DNA of 62,673 nt, filler included, from Rhabdomonas costata (GCA_019059605.1; 19 parts of 19 records of this genome joined end to end with filler, not necessarily neighbours in it), one strand, 5' to 3'. Positions 40,199 to 54,635 are shown, counted from the whole stretch's first letter. A program made the numbers and translations. The notes: generated by a model not told the origin, from the letters alone.

Positions 40199-42582
40199 CT
40201 GAGGTCAGGGCCTGGGCCACGGTGCAGAACTCTGGCTGCTCGCACAGCAGCTCGTGCACGGTCACCACCTCAGCCTTCCCGGGGACCATAATACGACCCA
40301 ACCGGCGGAAGTGAAACTCCCCCGCGGCGCCATCTCTCGTGCTGTCGGACACCATCACCACCGTGTCAAACGTCTAAAATAGGTCAGCCCCGAAGTCCGC
40401 ACAGCAACAGCAGAGCAGACGCAAACAGGGTTAACGTAAGAGCACAAGAGGGCTAACGTAATTACACCCCACGCACACAAAAAAAAGGCTGGAAGGAGGA
40501 ACCCATTTTGCAAACACCTCGGGTAGCTGCGGGTATCTGCGGTCAGCTGAAACTGAAACTATCGCCGATTGCAAGGAACGCGCATACAAAATACCTTGTT
40601 GGAGGACTCGAGCCGACTGGCAAGGTTGACTCCGTCCCCTGAATCCAACACATCGGGGGTGGTGTTTCTCACGAAAGCTCGACTCTGACTTGCCCTCTCT
40701 CCCGTCTAGTCTCGTCGTGTGTTGTGTTGTGTTGTATTGGGTTGTGTCGTCATGTCCTGTCCTGACTTGTCTTGTCCTTTGAGGAAGCCAGGAAAAAGGC
40801 CCACCCCACTGAAACGGTGTGCCTTACAGATGGGTCGAAAGTAGTGCTGCCGGCTGTACCAAGGGAACAATGCTACGCACAATACACTCTGGCGATTGGT
40901 TTGTAAATGTCTCCACCTGGATGCGGAACCTCCCGGCTGGTAATCAGAAGAGAGCTTCCCTTCTTGCAAGGAACATACATGACAAAACCCAGCACAGGAT
41001 AACAGACGCAGGACAGGAAATACGGCAGAACATAGATCAAATCACTTTGGCATGACCACTGATTCACTGATTCTTTCGAATTGCATCGCAGTGTACTTAA
41101 GACCACGGTGGTGTAGCAGAAGGAATCGTTTCGTAAACAAAGACAACACACATACACACCGAGGGCAGTGTAATTGATGCGGTAGTCGCAGCCGTAGTTG
41201 CCCACCAGCACTTTCGCGGTGTTGATCCCCGTGCGAAATCTGAGGTGCAACCCAGTTGGAAGCAACCCATCGCTCAAAGTTTGAACGGCGATTGTTCAGA
41301 ATTGATTTTCTGACTTTTTCCAACGGCAGGCTTGCTACGTCTTCATTATGGTTTCGCGGCTTGCCCGCGGCACAGGACATACGAACTTGAACCACACCTC
41401 TTTGAAAATTGTAAGTCAGAGTTTTTATGGGTTAATGGGACCAATGGGTCACATCGGACCAAAAATGAAAAAAGGTCCGAAAATCGTAGCCACGCACTCG
41501 TCGGACACCCACCTCATTTCCGGCACGCCCTCCAAAACCCAGCTCTCGTTCAGCTTCAGCAGCGCGGCCTGCATCCGCAGCGCAGAGCGGCAAGCCGCCC
41601 CTTGGTGCCCAGGAAGCCGCCGCGGCACATTCCACATTGCCATGATGCAGTCCCCGATGAGCTGACACCCGTCCCCACCAGAAAGAAAAATTGCATGCGT
41701 CAGTGCGCATGCAAGCGTTCGAAGTGTAGAACAGGAAGCAAATGGAGTGACAGTTCAGGTGCACTACTGTCGGTATGCACGTCATGGCTCCCACCGATGT
41801 TATAGGGTCCATCCTGCGGACACCCAGGCAGTGGGCGAGGGACAATTTCCAATTCCAATCCACGCTTGGTTCCATCTGTCCTCTCTGTCCTTAAGCAAGA
41901 CGACGATCCCAACCTGAACTGGCAAACGACCGAAAGAAAAAACTTGGTGCACCTTGTCCAGGACGCCCCCGGTGGCGACGATCTCCCCGCACATGATTTG
42001 GAAGTAGTCCGTGGTCAACCGGATCAGAGTGGCTGCTGGGGTGGTCTCGCACATCCCGGAATACCCTAGCCGGAGGTCACCAGACAACATGTAGAGCAGA
42101 GGATGAGAGCGGGAACGCCAAATCCGAAAAACCCAACTACAATTTCACAGGTATGCGCCCACAGGTATACTGCTTCCTCGCCGTACACACCCCAAAATAA
42201 AAAATTGGCCGAAGGCCTCCCAAGCCCGAACCTACACTTCACAGGTATGCGCTTCTACAACAATCAAAACAACCACAATGCAAAAGAAAAAAGTGGAGGA
42301 GGAGGCAGGCAAGAGTCAGCTTTCGAAAGGCTGCTTTCTCACTTACCGCTTTTGCTTCTTCACAAAAAGAAAGTCAAGTGTGCCGCCAGGAGGCGGGTTG
42401 CCAACTGTAGCACATACGGCGAGGAAGAAGAGAAAAAATTCCAGGCCAGAAGCACACCCACAATGTCCGTGAACATCACCGTGACGGTCCTCCAGCTCAT
42501 CGCAATGGCCCGGCTCATCACTCCGCTGAGCATCATCTTCACTACATCCCGGGGTACGTACTTCGCAAAGGCTTCCAAACCA
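40199..42582 (-). CDS. Class III adenylate/guanylate cyclase catalytic domain, 6 exons, partial
   Basis: FAKYVP..TVMFTDIV|GYSGMCE..GGVLDK|LIGDCIMAMWN..|RTGINTAKVLVGNYGCDYRINYTALG|DGVNLASRLESSNK|..VPGKAEVVTVHEL. Lys and Thr specifier residues point to ATP. Confidence 0.92.
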
Positions 42583-43482
42583 CTGAAAATGATATAGCAC
42601 GCTACACCGTAAACTGAGAGTTTTTCACCACGGCACAACACAAGATGCCGCGAAGGAGCACCAATATAAATATAGTCCAAAAAGATTTCTGTTCCAAACG
42701 TCGCATACTGAATTCTCAATTTTGGGGTGTTGCTAGCCTTAGGAGAAGCTTCCATGCCATTTTTTCTTCCATGCGTCCATGCCTCCATGGCTCCCAAAAA
42801 NNNNNNNNNNNNNNNNNNNNNNNNNNNNNNNNNNNNNNNNNNNNTTAATTAATTAANNNNNNNNNNNNNNNNNNNNNNNNNNNNNNNNNNNNNNNNNNNN
42901 GTTGGTTTTGCTCCCTTCTCCTTTCATCGTTGCCCACTTGCCCCCCAATCTCACTGCTTCACTCCGGGCTTCGTTGGCAGTTCATCGGCCACCGCTGTGT
43001 AACAGGGAAGAAGACTTCCAACTTTTTTGTAAGAACCATCCTGGTGGGGCGTTTAGGGAATGTGGGTGGGTGATAGCAGCGTAAACATGCTCAGGGACCT
43101 CTTTTTTCTCTCTTCGACACCACTGCGTCCATCGGAACGGGAGCTGTTCATAGTCAAAGATACATTAAGTTTAAAATAGGAAGAAAACCGAGTGTGCTTC
43201 GAAGCAAAACAAGGCTCACTCTCTCAACCTGTGAAAAGTACCCAGTCAAAGGGAAACCAAAAATGAGACAAAGTGGCACCCGTAATGATGAGGCAATGAT
43301 GTCCCAAACGGGTGGGGTTTGATGAGTTTGACTCATCTGTGCACGCTGGGGTGCCACCACAAAGTTGGCAAAGTAGTGAAGTAAGTTTCAAATGAAGGTT
43401 TGGGCCGATGAACGGACACCTGCCCTCTCTCCGCTTGGACAGAGGAGGCTGAGGGCGCTTTTGTTTTTCCACCGTTCCGGGG

Positions 43483-45587
43483 ATGGCGTCGGGGATGGAT
43501 ATGGGCCACAACCCGGGGTCAGTGACGACCTTAGATGAGCCGATCTCTGCAACCGTGGTCTGTTCCCCTTCTACCTCTGCGCAGCTTTTACGCATTCCTA
43601 TTTCCAATCATTGCGCAAGCGACCCTTTCTAAATAGAGGTGCCGATTTTCTCCTCGTTGTGGCAGCCCGGTGTGTGTGAATTTTGTTCGTAATCCTTGTC
43701 ATGCGATGCAAAGCTTAGCCCGCTGCTATGGGCATGCCTGATCCTGAATCGGCTTCAGTAGGTTTCTGGAAATCTTAAACCCGGGGATAAGCTGGGCGGC
43801 GCTGCACGTTTTGTTTTGGCAACTGTTGCCCCGAAAAAATGGGTCTTTCACCATTGCCGAAAACGGCTGTGTCCGTGGGGGTGGCCCTTTCTCAGCTTCG
43901 GGATTTGAGGGCGATTGGGAGAAAGATCCAGCTCGTCCTTGGCTATCAGTCAGAGAACTACAGCGCACTTCGCAATTGTATCGCCACCCACCTACCCTTT
44001 CTTCTCCCCCCTTTCCGTTCCCGCTCACTTTCTCTCCTTTGCCCGACCCCCCCACGCTCTTCTCCGACCAATGGCTGAAATCCCGAAAAGCTTTTGCTAA
44101 ATGAAAACCAGTCAATGTTTCTTTTGCGATGAAATCCCGGCAAACCACCTGAAACCAGTCACTCAGTTGGCAAGCCAGTGCTTTTTTTCGAGGGTAAGTG
44201 TTTGACGTGAACTACTGACACAGCAAAGAAACAGTGCGAACACATTTTCGGATACACCGGATCTGACTGATTCTGGTCCGAGACTTGCGATTGGCAACGA
44301 TGGCAGCCGACCCACCCACTGTTGATTGATCACGGCCGAACGGCTGCATATTTTCAACCCCTATCCCCTATCCCTTGCTGTGATTCCCACATGAAGAATT
44401 CGTAGTTCGCCGGATTCACTGCTCTTTCACCCACAGGGGACTTGTGGGGCCCACTGGTCCTCTGCCTGTTCTTGGCTATGTATGCCTCCGCTGCCCTCCT
44501 GCTCTTTTGGAAAGGAATATAACTAATGGGAACGATATAGTATTACCGCCCCTGCGTGAGATCTTTTTTCCATTCACGTGTTCTTGCAAGGCTGTATGAC
44601 CAAAGGGGTCTCTTTTCGCGTTCTTCTCACGTAATCACGGATTTGCGCTCCTATGTCTGTTTTGTTTTTTGTTTTCGATAAATGCTCCAAAATCAAAAAG
44701 CCTTTTGGGGCTGAGCAAGCAGGCCAAGGATGAGAAGGGCCAGACCTTTGCCGGAGTTTTCTCCGGGATCTCCCTCGGCTCCGGAGTGGTTACCCTCAAC
44801 GCACAGTTCCTGGGCGCTCGCCTGTACGTCAGCCGCCTCCTCCCCCGCTCCCCTTCCCCCAATTACCATTTTAAAGTGCAGCTTTTTCTGAGGTATTCAT
44901 TGGGCGGTAACGACGTGCAATTTGGTCAGCCTGTGCGGCCAGCGGGTGTTCGTGCGTCTGTGTCCGCTCCCGCGAAAGGTTTCCGGGGGGGTCCAATGAA
45001 ATTCGCTGTAAGGACTGCTCGACACGAAATGTCCAACTGTACCGTCCAATCCAATGCCCCCCGCACCCAAAATCCTGCCAATCCTGATGCTGGATCCCTC
45101 CTCACACGACAGACCCATTGCCCGAGCTCCGTCCCACTCGCTACCCCCACCATCGTTTCTGACACCCGCTTGCCCGCTTGAGGTGATTCAGGCACCAGCC
45201 TTTAACTCGGGAGGATTTGCACAGTGGACACTTGCACACGATTTGAAATCATATGGATAGACCTCTGCCATGGCACTATCGGAACAGGCAACGCCACTTC
45301 GCCCATCCCATTGTATACTCTGCGAGGGAGCGGAGAAAGCGGAGGGAAGGGAAGAGACTAGAGAGGAGAGGGTATAGTATTATCATCAAGGATCCGGCTC
45401 TAGCGGGACCTGGGGAATGGGGGGCGCCTCAGGTCGTTCTTCCAGATCGTGTGTGTGCTGGGGTACTGCCTGTTCCCGCTGTGCGTGGCGGCGGTGCTGT
45501 GCCTGGTGCTGCCCAGCAGTACCACGGTGACTTGGAGCGTGCTGCGGTGGATCCTGTGCAGCTTAGCCTGCAGCTGGGCCGTTTTTG
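43483..45587 (+). CDS. YIPF6: Yip1 domain protein (YIPF6-like), 5 exons, 3'-partial
   Basis: TTLDEPISATV|LRDLRAIGRKIQLVL..LRN|WDLWGPLVLCLFLA|..GSGVVTLNAQFLG|SFFQIVCVLGYCLFPL. Confidence 0.88.
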
Positions 45588-46617
45588 GTGAGTGTGCGCG
45601 TGTCCGGGTTTTTTAGAGATCCTCTGCATTCCATGACATTGTTATCATCATTGTCAATCGTCCGGTGTCTAGAGCGTGGGAAAAAGCTGATGGCGGAAAG
45701 ATGAAGTGCAGGGTCGGTATTTTTTCCGCAAAAACCCACTGGTCAGGAACCCAAGGTCATTCTACCATTCATGGTGCAGCTGCCGGGTGACAACAAAAAA
45801 ATACCGCGAAAAAATAAATAAATAAAAAGATAAAATTCTTGAAAGAAAAGGGAAATTTTTGGGTGTGATTTTTCTATAGCAAGGCCATCTCTGAGGTTAA
45901 TTTTCAAAACTTTTCTCCCGTTTAACGGTGTTAAACATTTAACGCCCCCACCCGCAATCCATAAAACAACCCCTTTCCTCTTCACCAACATCTCGACAGT
46001 GGTGAAGAGGAAAGGGGTTGTTTTATGGATTGCGGGTGGGGGCGTTAAATGTTTAACACCGTTAAACGGGAGAAAAGTTTTGAAAACCACCCANNNNNNN
46101 NNNNNNNNNNNNNNNNNNNNNNNNNNNNNNNNNNNNNTTAATTAATTAANNNNNNNNNNNNNNNNNNNNNNNNNNNNNNNNNNNNNNNNNNNNTTTTTTT
46201 GGTCATCCTTTTGTGGTGTTGTGCCTGGCTGTTTTTCTGCCTCTCGCTTCCATCGCTGAGGCCATCGTGATCTAGCCTATTCAAAGAGAGATCGAGCCTA
46301 TTCAAATGCCGTTGTCTGGGCAGACGGTAAGACGGTGAGCCAATGGCCCCGAAAAGTTTTTGGGTGGTCGAAAAGGAGAGCTTCCGCTGGATGATTTTCA
46401 AAAGAATTTTAGATTCGGGCCTGCAGCTTTTAGAGTAGGGCAAGGGTTGAAGCCAGCCATGTGTTTTGGTGCAGTTTTGCGTTTACGCGTTGTATGTGCC
46501 TAGGACCCGCAGGGCAGGCGGAGATTCCTGTCTTGTTATGTGGTAAACTCAACTAAACCCAACGCCGCGGGGGTCAGTGGCATGTTCCTGGCGCTTCCTC
46601 TCCGGAATCCTTTTTAG

Positions 46618-48218
46618 GGACTTTTGTGGCGCTGTTCGCCCTGTGGTTCTGCATTTCCACCCCGCTGGTCTTCCTGGGGAGCGTGCTGGGGTACAAGACG
46701 AAGGCCATTGAGCTGCCCGTCCGTACCTGCCAGCTCTGCCGCCACATCCCTGCTCAGGTGAGCACCACACGCGCGCATTCACTCACACTCACTCAGAATC
46801 AAGTACAAGCACAAGGACGCAGCACGCGCATTTTTTTCCATCGCATAGCACATTGTTTTGTGCGGTAGATCTCCGCAAGCGTTTTCTGCCTGTGGAAGAT
46901 ATACCCTAATGTATGTCCCCAAAATGTCCTGATGATGAGTTTGCCGGCATACAGTGATTGGAATTGGAATTGGGAGCCTGCCGTGGTCAGTGCGCAATTA
47001 TGGGCGACACTCTCGGTGGCCATTGTGGGCCGAATTCTTATATTACTTTATTGGACGATTGCGAAGTCTGTATGTCGGTATGTATGCGGTTTTCCATGGT
47101 CTCAGCCGTGGTACATGCAAGCCCCGTTCACGATCATGATGGGCGGCATTCTCCCCTTTGGGGCAGTGTTCATCGAGCTGTTCTTCATCCTCACCTCGAT
47201 CTGGCTCAACCGGTGTCGATCCCGCATCCTCTCCATCCCACCCATCACGCCCGCCTACCACCTTCGAGTGCTGGAGTGGGTATGGATGTTGTGACTGCTA
47301 GGCTCCGGTGGGAGGCCTCGGACTGAATGCTTTCAGGTGGCAATTCCTTTTATTTTTGGGAGGAGGCGTTTAACGCTTAGCACTGCTGAAGTATAATAAT
47401 AACTTCTCTAACCCCAGCGGTGCTTAAAGTTAACACCGTCTCAAGTCACATTTCAGAGGTAGGGGCATGCTTCAGGGGCTTTTTCAGAAGGCTGCGGAAC
47501 TTAAATTGTCCCGTTGACATGCCTGATGCCTCCCCTTCTTCGCGAGCGCTGCAGATCCGTGATTTGGAGCCGCTGTTTCTGCCTTTTTCCTGTCAGCTAC
47601 TACTACGTGTTTGGCTTTCTGCTGATCGTCTTCCTCATACTCATTGTGACCTGCGCGGAGATTACAATTGTGATGATCTACTTCCAGCTGTGCTCTGAGG
47701 TCCGCGGAGGGGCTTTTGTGCTGCTCCTAGGCTCTCACGGAGTGAAAGAAAATGAAACGCATCATGACATCAGTGCTCGTCAAGTTTGTTTGGTGCGAGG
47801 TCTACTTGTGGTCTCTTGACTTGTTTTCATTCGAAACGGCCCTGTGTTCGCCTTTTTTGCACTGTTAGGGTTTCAATTGGTGGTGGCGGGGTACACAGGA
47901 TTATAATTGGTGGTGGAGATCCTTCTTGACCTCGGGGTCCTCGGGCCTCTACCTGTTTTTGTACTCTATCTTCTACTTCTTCACCTCCTCGTTCAAAATG
48001 AAGAAGTTCGTGAGTGTGCTGTTGTTCTTCGGGTACATGGGGGCGATCTCCTACATCTTCCTGGTGATGACTGGCACCATCGGATTTATTGCCTGCTTCC
48101 TCTTCATCCGCAAAATCTACTCTTCCATCAAGGTGGGGGCACGTGCTTGCTTCGCTCTTCCTTGCCTCTTTTGTTTCTGCGGCTACGGTTGCTTTGGTTT
48201 TGCGCTCAGGTGGACTGA
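46618..48218 (+). CDS. Transmembrane 9 superfamily protein (nonaspanin/EMP70), last 5 exons
   Basis: [106 protein letters not shown]. Confidence 0.95.
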
Positions 48219-50306
48219 TGCTCATCACAGGGCGCTGCAGTAGAGCCCTGTGAAGCCCTGGACTTTTCCTCGGATGTAGCTTGCTAGAAGTGTCTCCGGG
48301 TTACTCTTTGTAGACCCTGCGACTTTTGTTTATGCGTTGTGACTGCTAATTTTCTCTGTCTTTCTTTCTTTCTTTCTTCCGGGGAGTCAGGGCTTAGCTT
48401 TACCTGAAAGGCTGCTCGGCGGGAAATCGTTGGCTTCTTCCTATGATACTAGGCTACATCGAGTTTAACATCCGATTTTTGCTCGCTTGCAGCGGCCACG
48501 TCTCTACAAACGGTTCGAAACAAGGAAAACTAATCTCGCACCTGCTGTTATGTGCAACCGATAATCGATCAACCGGGCTGATGCAGGTAGGGAAGTTAAT
48601 TGGTAGTTAGTTAGTGGGAAAGCCTGTTGTTTGCCTCTGTTTTTGAGCCTCGTCTTTACCGTTTCTGTGTGGCATCTCCCGATGGCTTTTGTGCTGTGCT
48701 TGTTATGGCCCGCGTCCCCTCAAAAGTAAGAGGTGTCAGTAGAAGGTCAAAATCAGCTTGCAAGCAAAAGCACAACCGATATGCACCGGAACCTAGTTTT
48801 TTCACCCCTGTAGCTACCTACATACCAATCAAGACCCATCCACCACTGCCCAGTTTTGCCCCATGAAACCGCCGGTATGCCGTGGGGCCGCTTCTAATTC
48901 CAATTGGGCGTCGTAGCTACCATCTCCGTCAGAGGCGCTTGAAGCTTCGATGCGGGGAAATGCAATGGTTTACAAAAATACCCGCACGCCGCATGCCGGA
49001 ACAGCTTAAGTCGCCACCGTCTGGCCGTCCGAAACGCGTGAACAACAAGAATGGGGGAATGGGCTTCGGGTTTCGGGCGCCCGCCCCGATGCCGACAAAC
49101 AATCCCCCATCTACCTACGTCAAATTTTAAGTTTTCAATAGCGTTGCCCAGGTTCAACTGACCCGTAACAGTATGAAAAAACCCGGATATAAGGCTTTAG
49201 AAAAGATTCATCACCCCCCGCTTCCCCTATTGTATACTGCCTTATCTGTCCGCGGAAGCGCGCATGATTCCATGTCAGTAGCCATCTTTACGCACGGCGC
49301 ACAAGACTGTTGGAGAACCACCATGAAATACCTTGCACGATTTATGGGCGTCAAGTCCGGCCCAATGCTGTATTCTGGCCCCGCCGCCCTCNNNNNNNNN
49401 NNNNNNNNNNNNNNNNNNNNNNNNNNNNNNNNNNNTTAATTAATTAANNNNNNNNNNNNNNNNNNNNNNNNNNNNNNNNNNNNNNNNNNNNTTTGTTGTT
49501 TATCTGCGGTGTCCTCTGTGTCCCCGGCGATTCCCGTGGCGAGCCAGTCCTCACAAGTGAATCAAGTGGAGAACTTGCTGGGCACCATTGTGCTTTCCCC
49601 GATGCCGCTGGGCCCGGAGGGTCTCAAGCCCATCCTGGACAGCTTCCCCAAGGACCTGCCCTCGCTGCTGGCCGCTGCTTAGCTATATGGGGTCTGCTGA
49701 CATCTCCTATTATGCAGATTGTGCCTTTTTAAATTTACAGCTGGGAACCTTGGGACGTACTCACCCGAACCGCATGGTCTTTCACGTGGGACGTGCGTCC
49801 CGAATATGTTCAGCAGTACCTGCGGTCCTACAACTCCTCCGCACGCTTACAGGTCATACGCGCTCGCTGATTGCTCACACCAGACTCGTTCCCTTGTAGA
49901 CCACAGTTCGCAGCACTTTTTATAGAGGGGGTTTTGGTGCAGCCTTGCTTGCCATTCCCTTCACTTGTCTTTCATGCCTGTACAATTTCTCGCTCGATCG
50001 AAAAGTCCAGTTTTCCACGGGATTCCTTCTCTTCTTTCCGCGGGAGCAGTGGAGCAGGTGCGGCAACGGGCGCGTCTTATCCCTGCAAGAATTTTTCGTC
50101 TCATCTGCGCGTGGGTGGGAAAAGCACTTGCGTTTTTGCGAGTTTACAAGGCAGCTTTTCCTTACCCAAACGACTTCAAACCACCCAAACAAAAACGGAA
50201 CTACTCCAACCCTTCTTTCCGTCCCCGTTCTCCTGCTATCCAGAACACAGGGTGGAGGGGAAGGGGTCGTTCCACCTTTTCCCACCCTTCCCTGTTCCCT
50301 GTGCAG

Positions 50307-52432
50307 GTCTACACCACGTTTTCCCTTATGGGAGTCATACCGCGCCTTCACTCCCGGGGTCTGTAGTCTCCGGGGTGGCGGCCAGCTCTGCGAACGACAC
50401 TCCTCCAGTGCCCTCCAGTACCCCCCCCCCTGCAGTCCCCTCTCCCTGTCCCGGAGTGACCGCCCATGCTGCCGCACCTCCTGAGGAGGAGGAGGCGCCC
50501 CTGCTCTCCTGCGTGCCCAAATTCCCGTTGCTGCTTCGCCCGCCTCCCTCCAGTACCTTCGTGGGTATGTGTGGGCTGCAATTTTGGATTTTACGGATTG
50601 TATCATCCTCAACCCTATGAGGGTAAGAAGCGAAACAAGTGGGAGAGAAAACAAGAGCCGCCAGGAGGTGCAAGGACGGCCTCGCAGCCTTTTTGCCTCA
50701 CCTGTCAAGTCAAAAAAGAAGACCCGAGGCGCTTCGGCTTCCGCCTCAAGAGAGAGGTTTGTTTGTTAACAAAAGAAAATGAACCAGATCCTCACTCAAT
50801 TCGCTGGGTGGCTTCATGGGAACACATCCGTGCTTCTTTGCGCACAACAATGTGCGCCAATGCATTCTTTATTGCTATGTTGCTTGCGGAAAGGGGTGTT
50901 TGTCACGCCCGCATTTTCCTGGTTTATCTTCGTGCCTGTCTGATTCCTTCTGTTTTCACATTTCTATAACCCTGCCTTCGCTTATAGCTTTATATTACCA
51001 TTGGGTGTGTCGGTGTGCACGCAACGTTAATGAAGTGAATTGAAGGGTGTAGGTGGTTTCATGGAGGTAGCTTTTCTTTCTATAGAGATCCCTTCACAGC
51101 AATCGTGAAGTTCGACCAAGAGGTGGGCAAGTTATGCCCTGTGGTGAAGCCGACCTGTCCCGTTGCTGAGAAATGACCCTCTGCAGAAAACCAGTCCGAT
51201 CTGGACCGCAAAGAAAGCTCCCCTGTTCTCCCTTGTTCCTTTGGAGCACCCCTCGAAGTGAGGCCGGCGAGTGACGTTACAATTTAAATGCGAGTTATGT
51301 CGACCCCCACACACACATACCAAAAAACATTCACCCCCAACCCCATTGCAGGGTGGCGCAGACACTTACAGCGGTTCATGCCCGTGGGATTGTTTCGGGT
51401 CTGTTTTTGTGCCCATCTCTCCTCACATATTTCCACACTGTCGTTGGAGGCTTCATTGAGATTAGTTGCAGGATCGCTCCGCTCTTTTTTTGTGGGGTTT
51501 TGGGCTGTAGCCTGAATGCCTTTTTGTCCTTTTCTTGGAAGGGAAGGGCGGGGTATGCGTTTCACTGTTCCTGTTCCTGGTTTTGGGGTACTCTGGTTTT
51601 TTTTACACGCTTTTCATATTTTGTCTCGTGTTAGCGTACATTATCGTCTGTATTGCTCGGTCTTGGTTGTTGGTTGTCAGTGACGCCCATGTGAACTGCA
51701 AAGCTGTGTCATAGCTGGTAAAGTTTTTTCTCAGCTGGATGAAATGAAAAATCCAGCAGTGCATGGTAGGTGATGGGGATGGATGAGACAGATTTTGGTC
51801 AACGCGAATGAACTCTGACACTTTTTCCTTTCGCGTGTCCCGCGCCATTTCTGCTCGAGGGGGACGGGCGAGCTCCAAAAATTGCACCGATAAAGCAAGA
51901 CGCCAATGGCTTCGTATTCACGCATGAAATGCGGCATTTTTTCCCATGATGCACTGCTCCGGTGCCGCCGTGATCTCTCGTGGGTCCCTCATCCTTCCCG
52001 TGGCCATTTTTTCTCGGTTCCCCCTCAGCATAGCAGTGCAGCTATCGTCTCAGAATGCGCTCCCCTGTCGCTGCCAATGACCTGCCGGTGTGCGTGGAGG
52101 CCCAGCCGCAGCCCACGCCCGTGCCCACAACCCCTCTGAAGGGGAGTGCCTTTTCTGTTCCAGTTCGGTCTCCGTTGAGCCCCTCCTCCACTCCGCCACT
52201 GAGACCTCTTACCCAACGCGGAGCCCTCTCCAGCCTTCCCCTGGCCGACCTTCTCGCGCCCCCAAAAGCTTTGGTTAGCACGGGCCTACCCATGAGCCCG
52301 TGCATGGCCCAGACTCCATTCCCCTCTGCTGCAGCCTTCACCATGTCTTCGGAGGTCTCCTCAGCTCCATGGGATTCAGCTCGTCCACCCACACCTCTCC
52401 AAAGTAGTCCTCTTCTTCGCAGTATGTGTTAA
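50307..52432 (+). CDS. Possible Pro/Ser-rich hypothetical protein (scattered exons)
   Basis: Low-complexity open segments at ~50307-50564 and ~52030-52432 have plausible splice sites. No domain recognised. Confidence 0.3.
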
Positions 52433-53355
52433 GAGATTAGAGTATCAAAAACATAATCAGAACACTGGGCTAGTATGTCATATAGGGATTAAACCGGTCA
52501 CCGGTGCGCCAAAGTAACCCAAGAAGAACCGCCCAGTATGAAGCTCCAACATATGGTTTAGCGTTTGTTTAGGGTTTTTCAACGTCCGTGCAGTAGCACA
52601 TAAGGCGCATTTTCTCACCTCTACGAAAATGTTCAGAATCAAACCAAGTGGGGTGTAGTCAACAGCGGCGCTAGTGCCCCCCCNNNNNNNNNNNNNNNNN
52701 NNNNNNNNNNNNNNNNNNNNNNNNNNNTTAATTAATTAANNNNNNNNNNNNNNNNNNNNNNNNNNNNNNNNNNNNNNNNNNNNGTTTTGTTGTTTTTCCC
52801 TAGCTTTTGTCTGTTGTCGACTCGCGTGCGCCGACGGCTATTTGTGTTTCGCTTGTCTGCTCGCGTCTCTTGCGTTGGAACTCCATAGCACCGCTTGCCA
52901 AACTACTGAATGTGCAGACGCATTTTCAGGTACCATCTGAGACCTCCACGGAAGATATCAGAATTAGGATCCTAAGACAAGGATGAGAACTTGCCTTCGT
53001 CCTTCCTTCAAGGTATGGCGTTGATGCAGGGTGTATCGCTTGTGTGTTGGGACAGGAAAACGAAACTCAATGCGATGCTACTGTCGAGTGCAAATTTGAT
53101 GAATACGTCCCCCTTTGGGTTCTCGCTTTCCCTCGGCTGCCACGACTTGATTTTGTACAGGGGTTAGATAGCAGCACCATGTTCCCTCGATGAATGGATC
53201 CATCACAACACTTCCTTTTCTCTTGGCGTCTCTTAATTGCTCAACCTTTTGAGAACAGGGCGTGTGGGCAGCCGGGGAAGTGCATCAAAAGGAGCTTCTC
53301 AATAACAGAACGCAGGTTATGCTGAGAGGGCGCGTATTTTCCAAAACTCTCACAC

Positions 53356-54635
53356 CTCCCAGTTGGGCTGGGCGTACTGGTTGGGTGGGGACAGCTTCTT
53401 GGACAGCTTCCGCTTCAGGCACGTGACCTGTAAGCACAGGTAGGGTACCACCCCTCACTTCCCTAGAACAAACATTCGTTTGCCTTTTATGGCCGCCATC
53501 ACATGCTCGTGCTTTGCAAATAAAAAACGCACCCAGCACCGAGAAACACTAAATACACAGACCTCATCCTCATCGGCCTTGCAGCGGCCGCCGGGAAGCT
53601 TGAAGCAGGTATTGCCCACCTGAAGTAGCAGTACATGAGGGTGGCTGTGCTGGTGCACCAGCAACACGGCGTCAACCTGGGACCCCCACCCCACCCCAAG
53701 CAACGGACAGCACCGTACGAAAGGCAGTGATGCTTCTCAGAAAGAACTCAACTCTTGAAAAATCAATTGCTGTCTTTGACGCGCACTGCTCGGAATGCTC
53801 CCTTTTGGCTTGGCTCTGCAGCACGGATGCTGAGACGCGTACCGATCTCCGCATGCCCTCCATCTCGTATTTGTCCTTAAGTCGTTGCAGTCGAGCGGCC
53901 TGGCTGGGGTCCTTCTCGGGCTGCTGGTCCTTAAAACAAGTACACGACACACAATCACACAGCACTAGCACAAGGCATCGACAATACGCCACCACACAAT
54001 CGACAATGTGCTCGGGCGTGTTTGAAGCCTCTTTGGAGTATCTCGGTACCATCTTGGTAGGTTCATCCGATCCCTTATTAAGGGCAGGGTGAAGCAAACC
54101 ACCCCCAAGGGAGTCTGCCCAGCTTACGTCCACGAAATGACGTACGTAAACACGAACGTCGCACTGCTCTAACGAAGTGGTAGAAGAAGACAACAAGAAC
54201 ATGCAGCTTTCAAATCCCCCAAACACCTTTCACCTTTCACCCGCATAGATTTGGGAGGCGTGGACTCCTTCTGGGGAAACCTCGGAAGGCTACCCCTGCT
54301 TTCCTAATCGCGACACCCATCCTCGACAGAGCATATGTCCGGAATCTCTGCACTGTCCACTCCGTGCCGCGCTGTGTCATTGGCATTTGAATTCTCAAAT
54401 TTGATGGTTCGTTTTGTGAGGACACCTCTTGATGCTCATCTCAGTAGAAGAAGAAGGGTAGGCTCGAAACGCAGACACTGCTAAGCAATGTACGGTCACA
54501 CGCATGCACCCGACGCAATGGATGTACCTTCATGGAGAAGGTGTAGTTGGCCAGGTTGAAGAGATCCAGCTTGCTTTGCGGCACCACCGCGTACATCGGC
54601 ATCGCCGCGGACAGCTGCATCCCGGTACCCTCCAT
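53356..54635 (-). CDS. NUDT21: Cleavage factor Im 25 kDa subunit (CPSF5), 4 exons, 3'-partial
   Basis: Exons to 54528, then 53929-53843, 53676-53563 and 53427-53356 give LANYTFSMK|DQQPEKDPSQAARLQRLKDKYEMEGMRRS|VDAVLLVHQHSHPHVLLLQVGNTCFKLPGG..EDE|VTCLKRKL. The start codon is uncertain. Confidence 0.93.

Noticed and set aside
45901..46086. Perfect 87-bp inverted repeat, with similar ones at 9-70 (22 bp), 9681-9812 (24 bp), 16521-16607 (38 bp) and 26412-26513 (45 bp)
   Set aside because: All are perfect, lie at contig tips and mostly have 11-18 nt loops. The one at 9789-9812 overwrites the expected coding sequence of the ICME-like exon. These look like fold-back library chimeras, not hairpin telomeres or MITEs.
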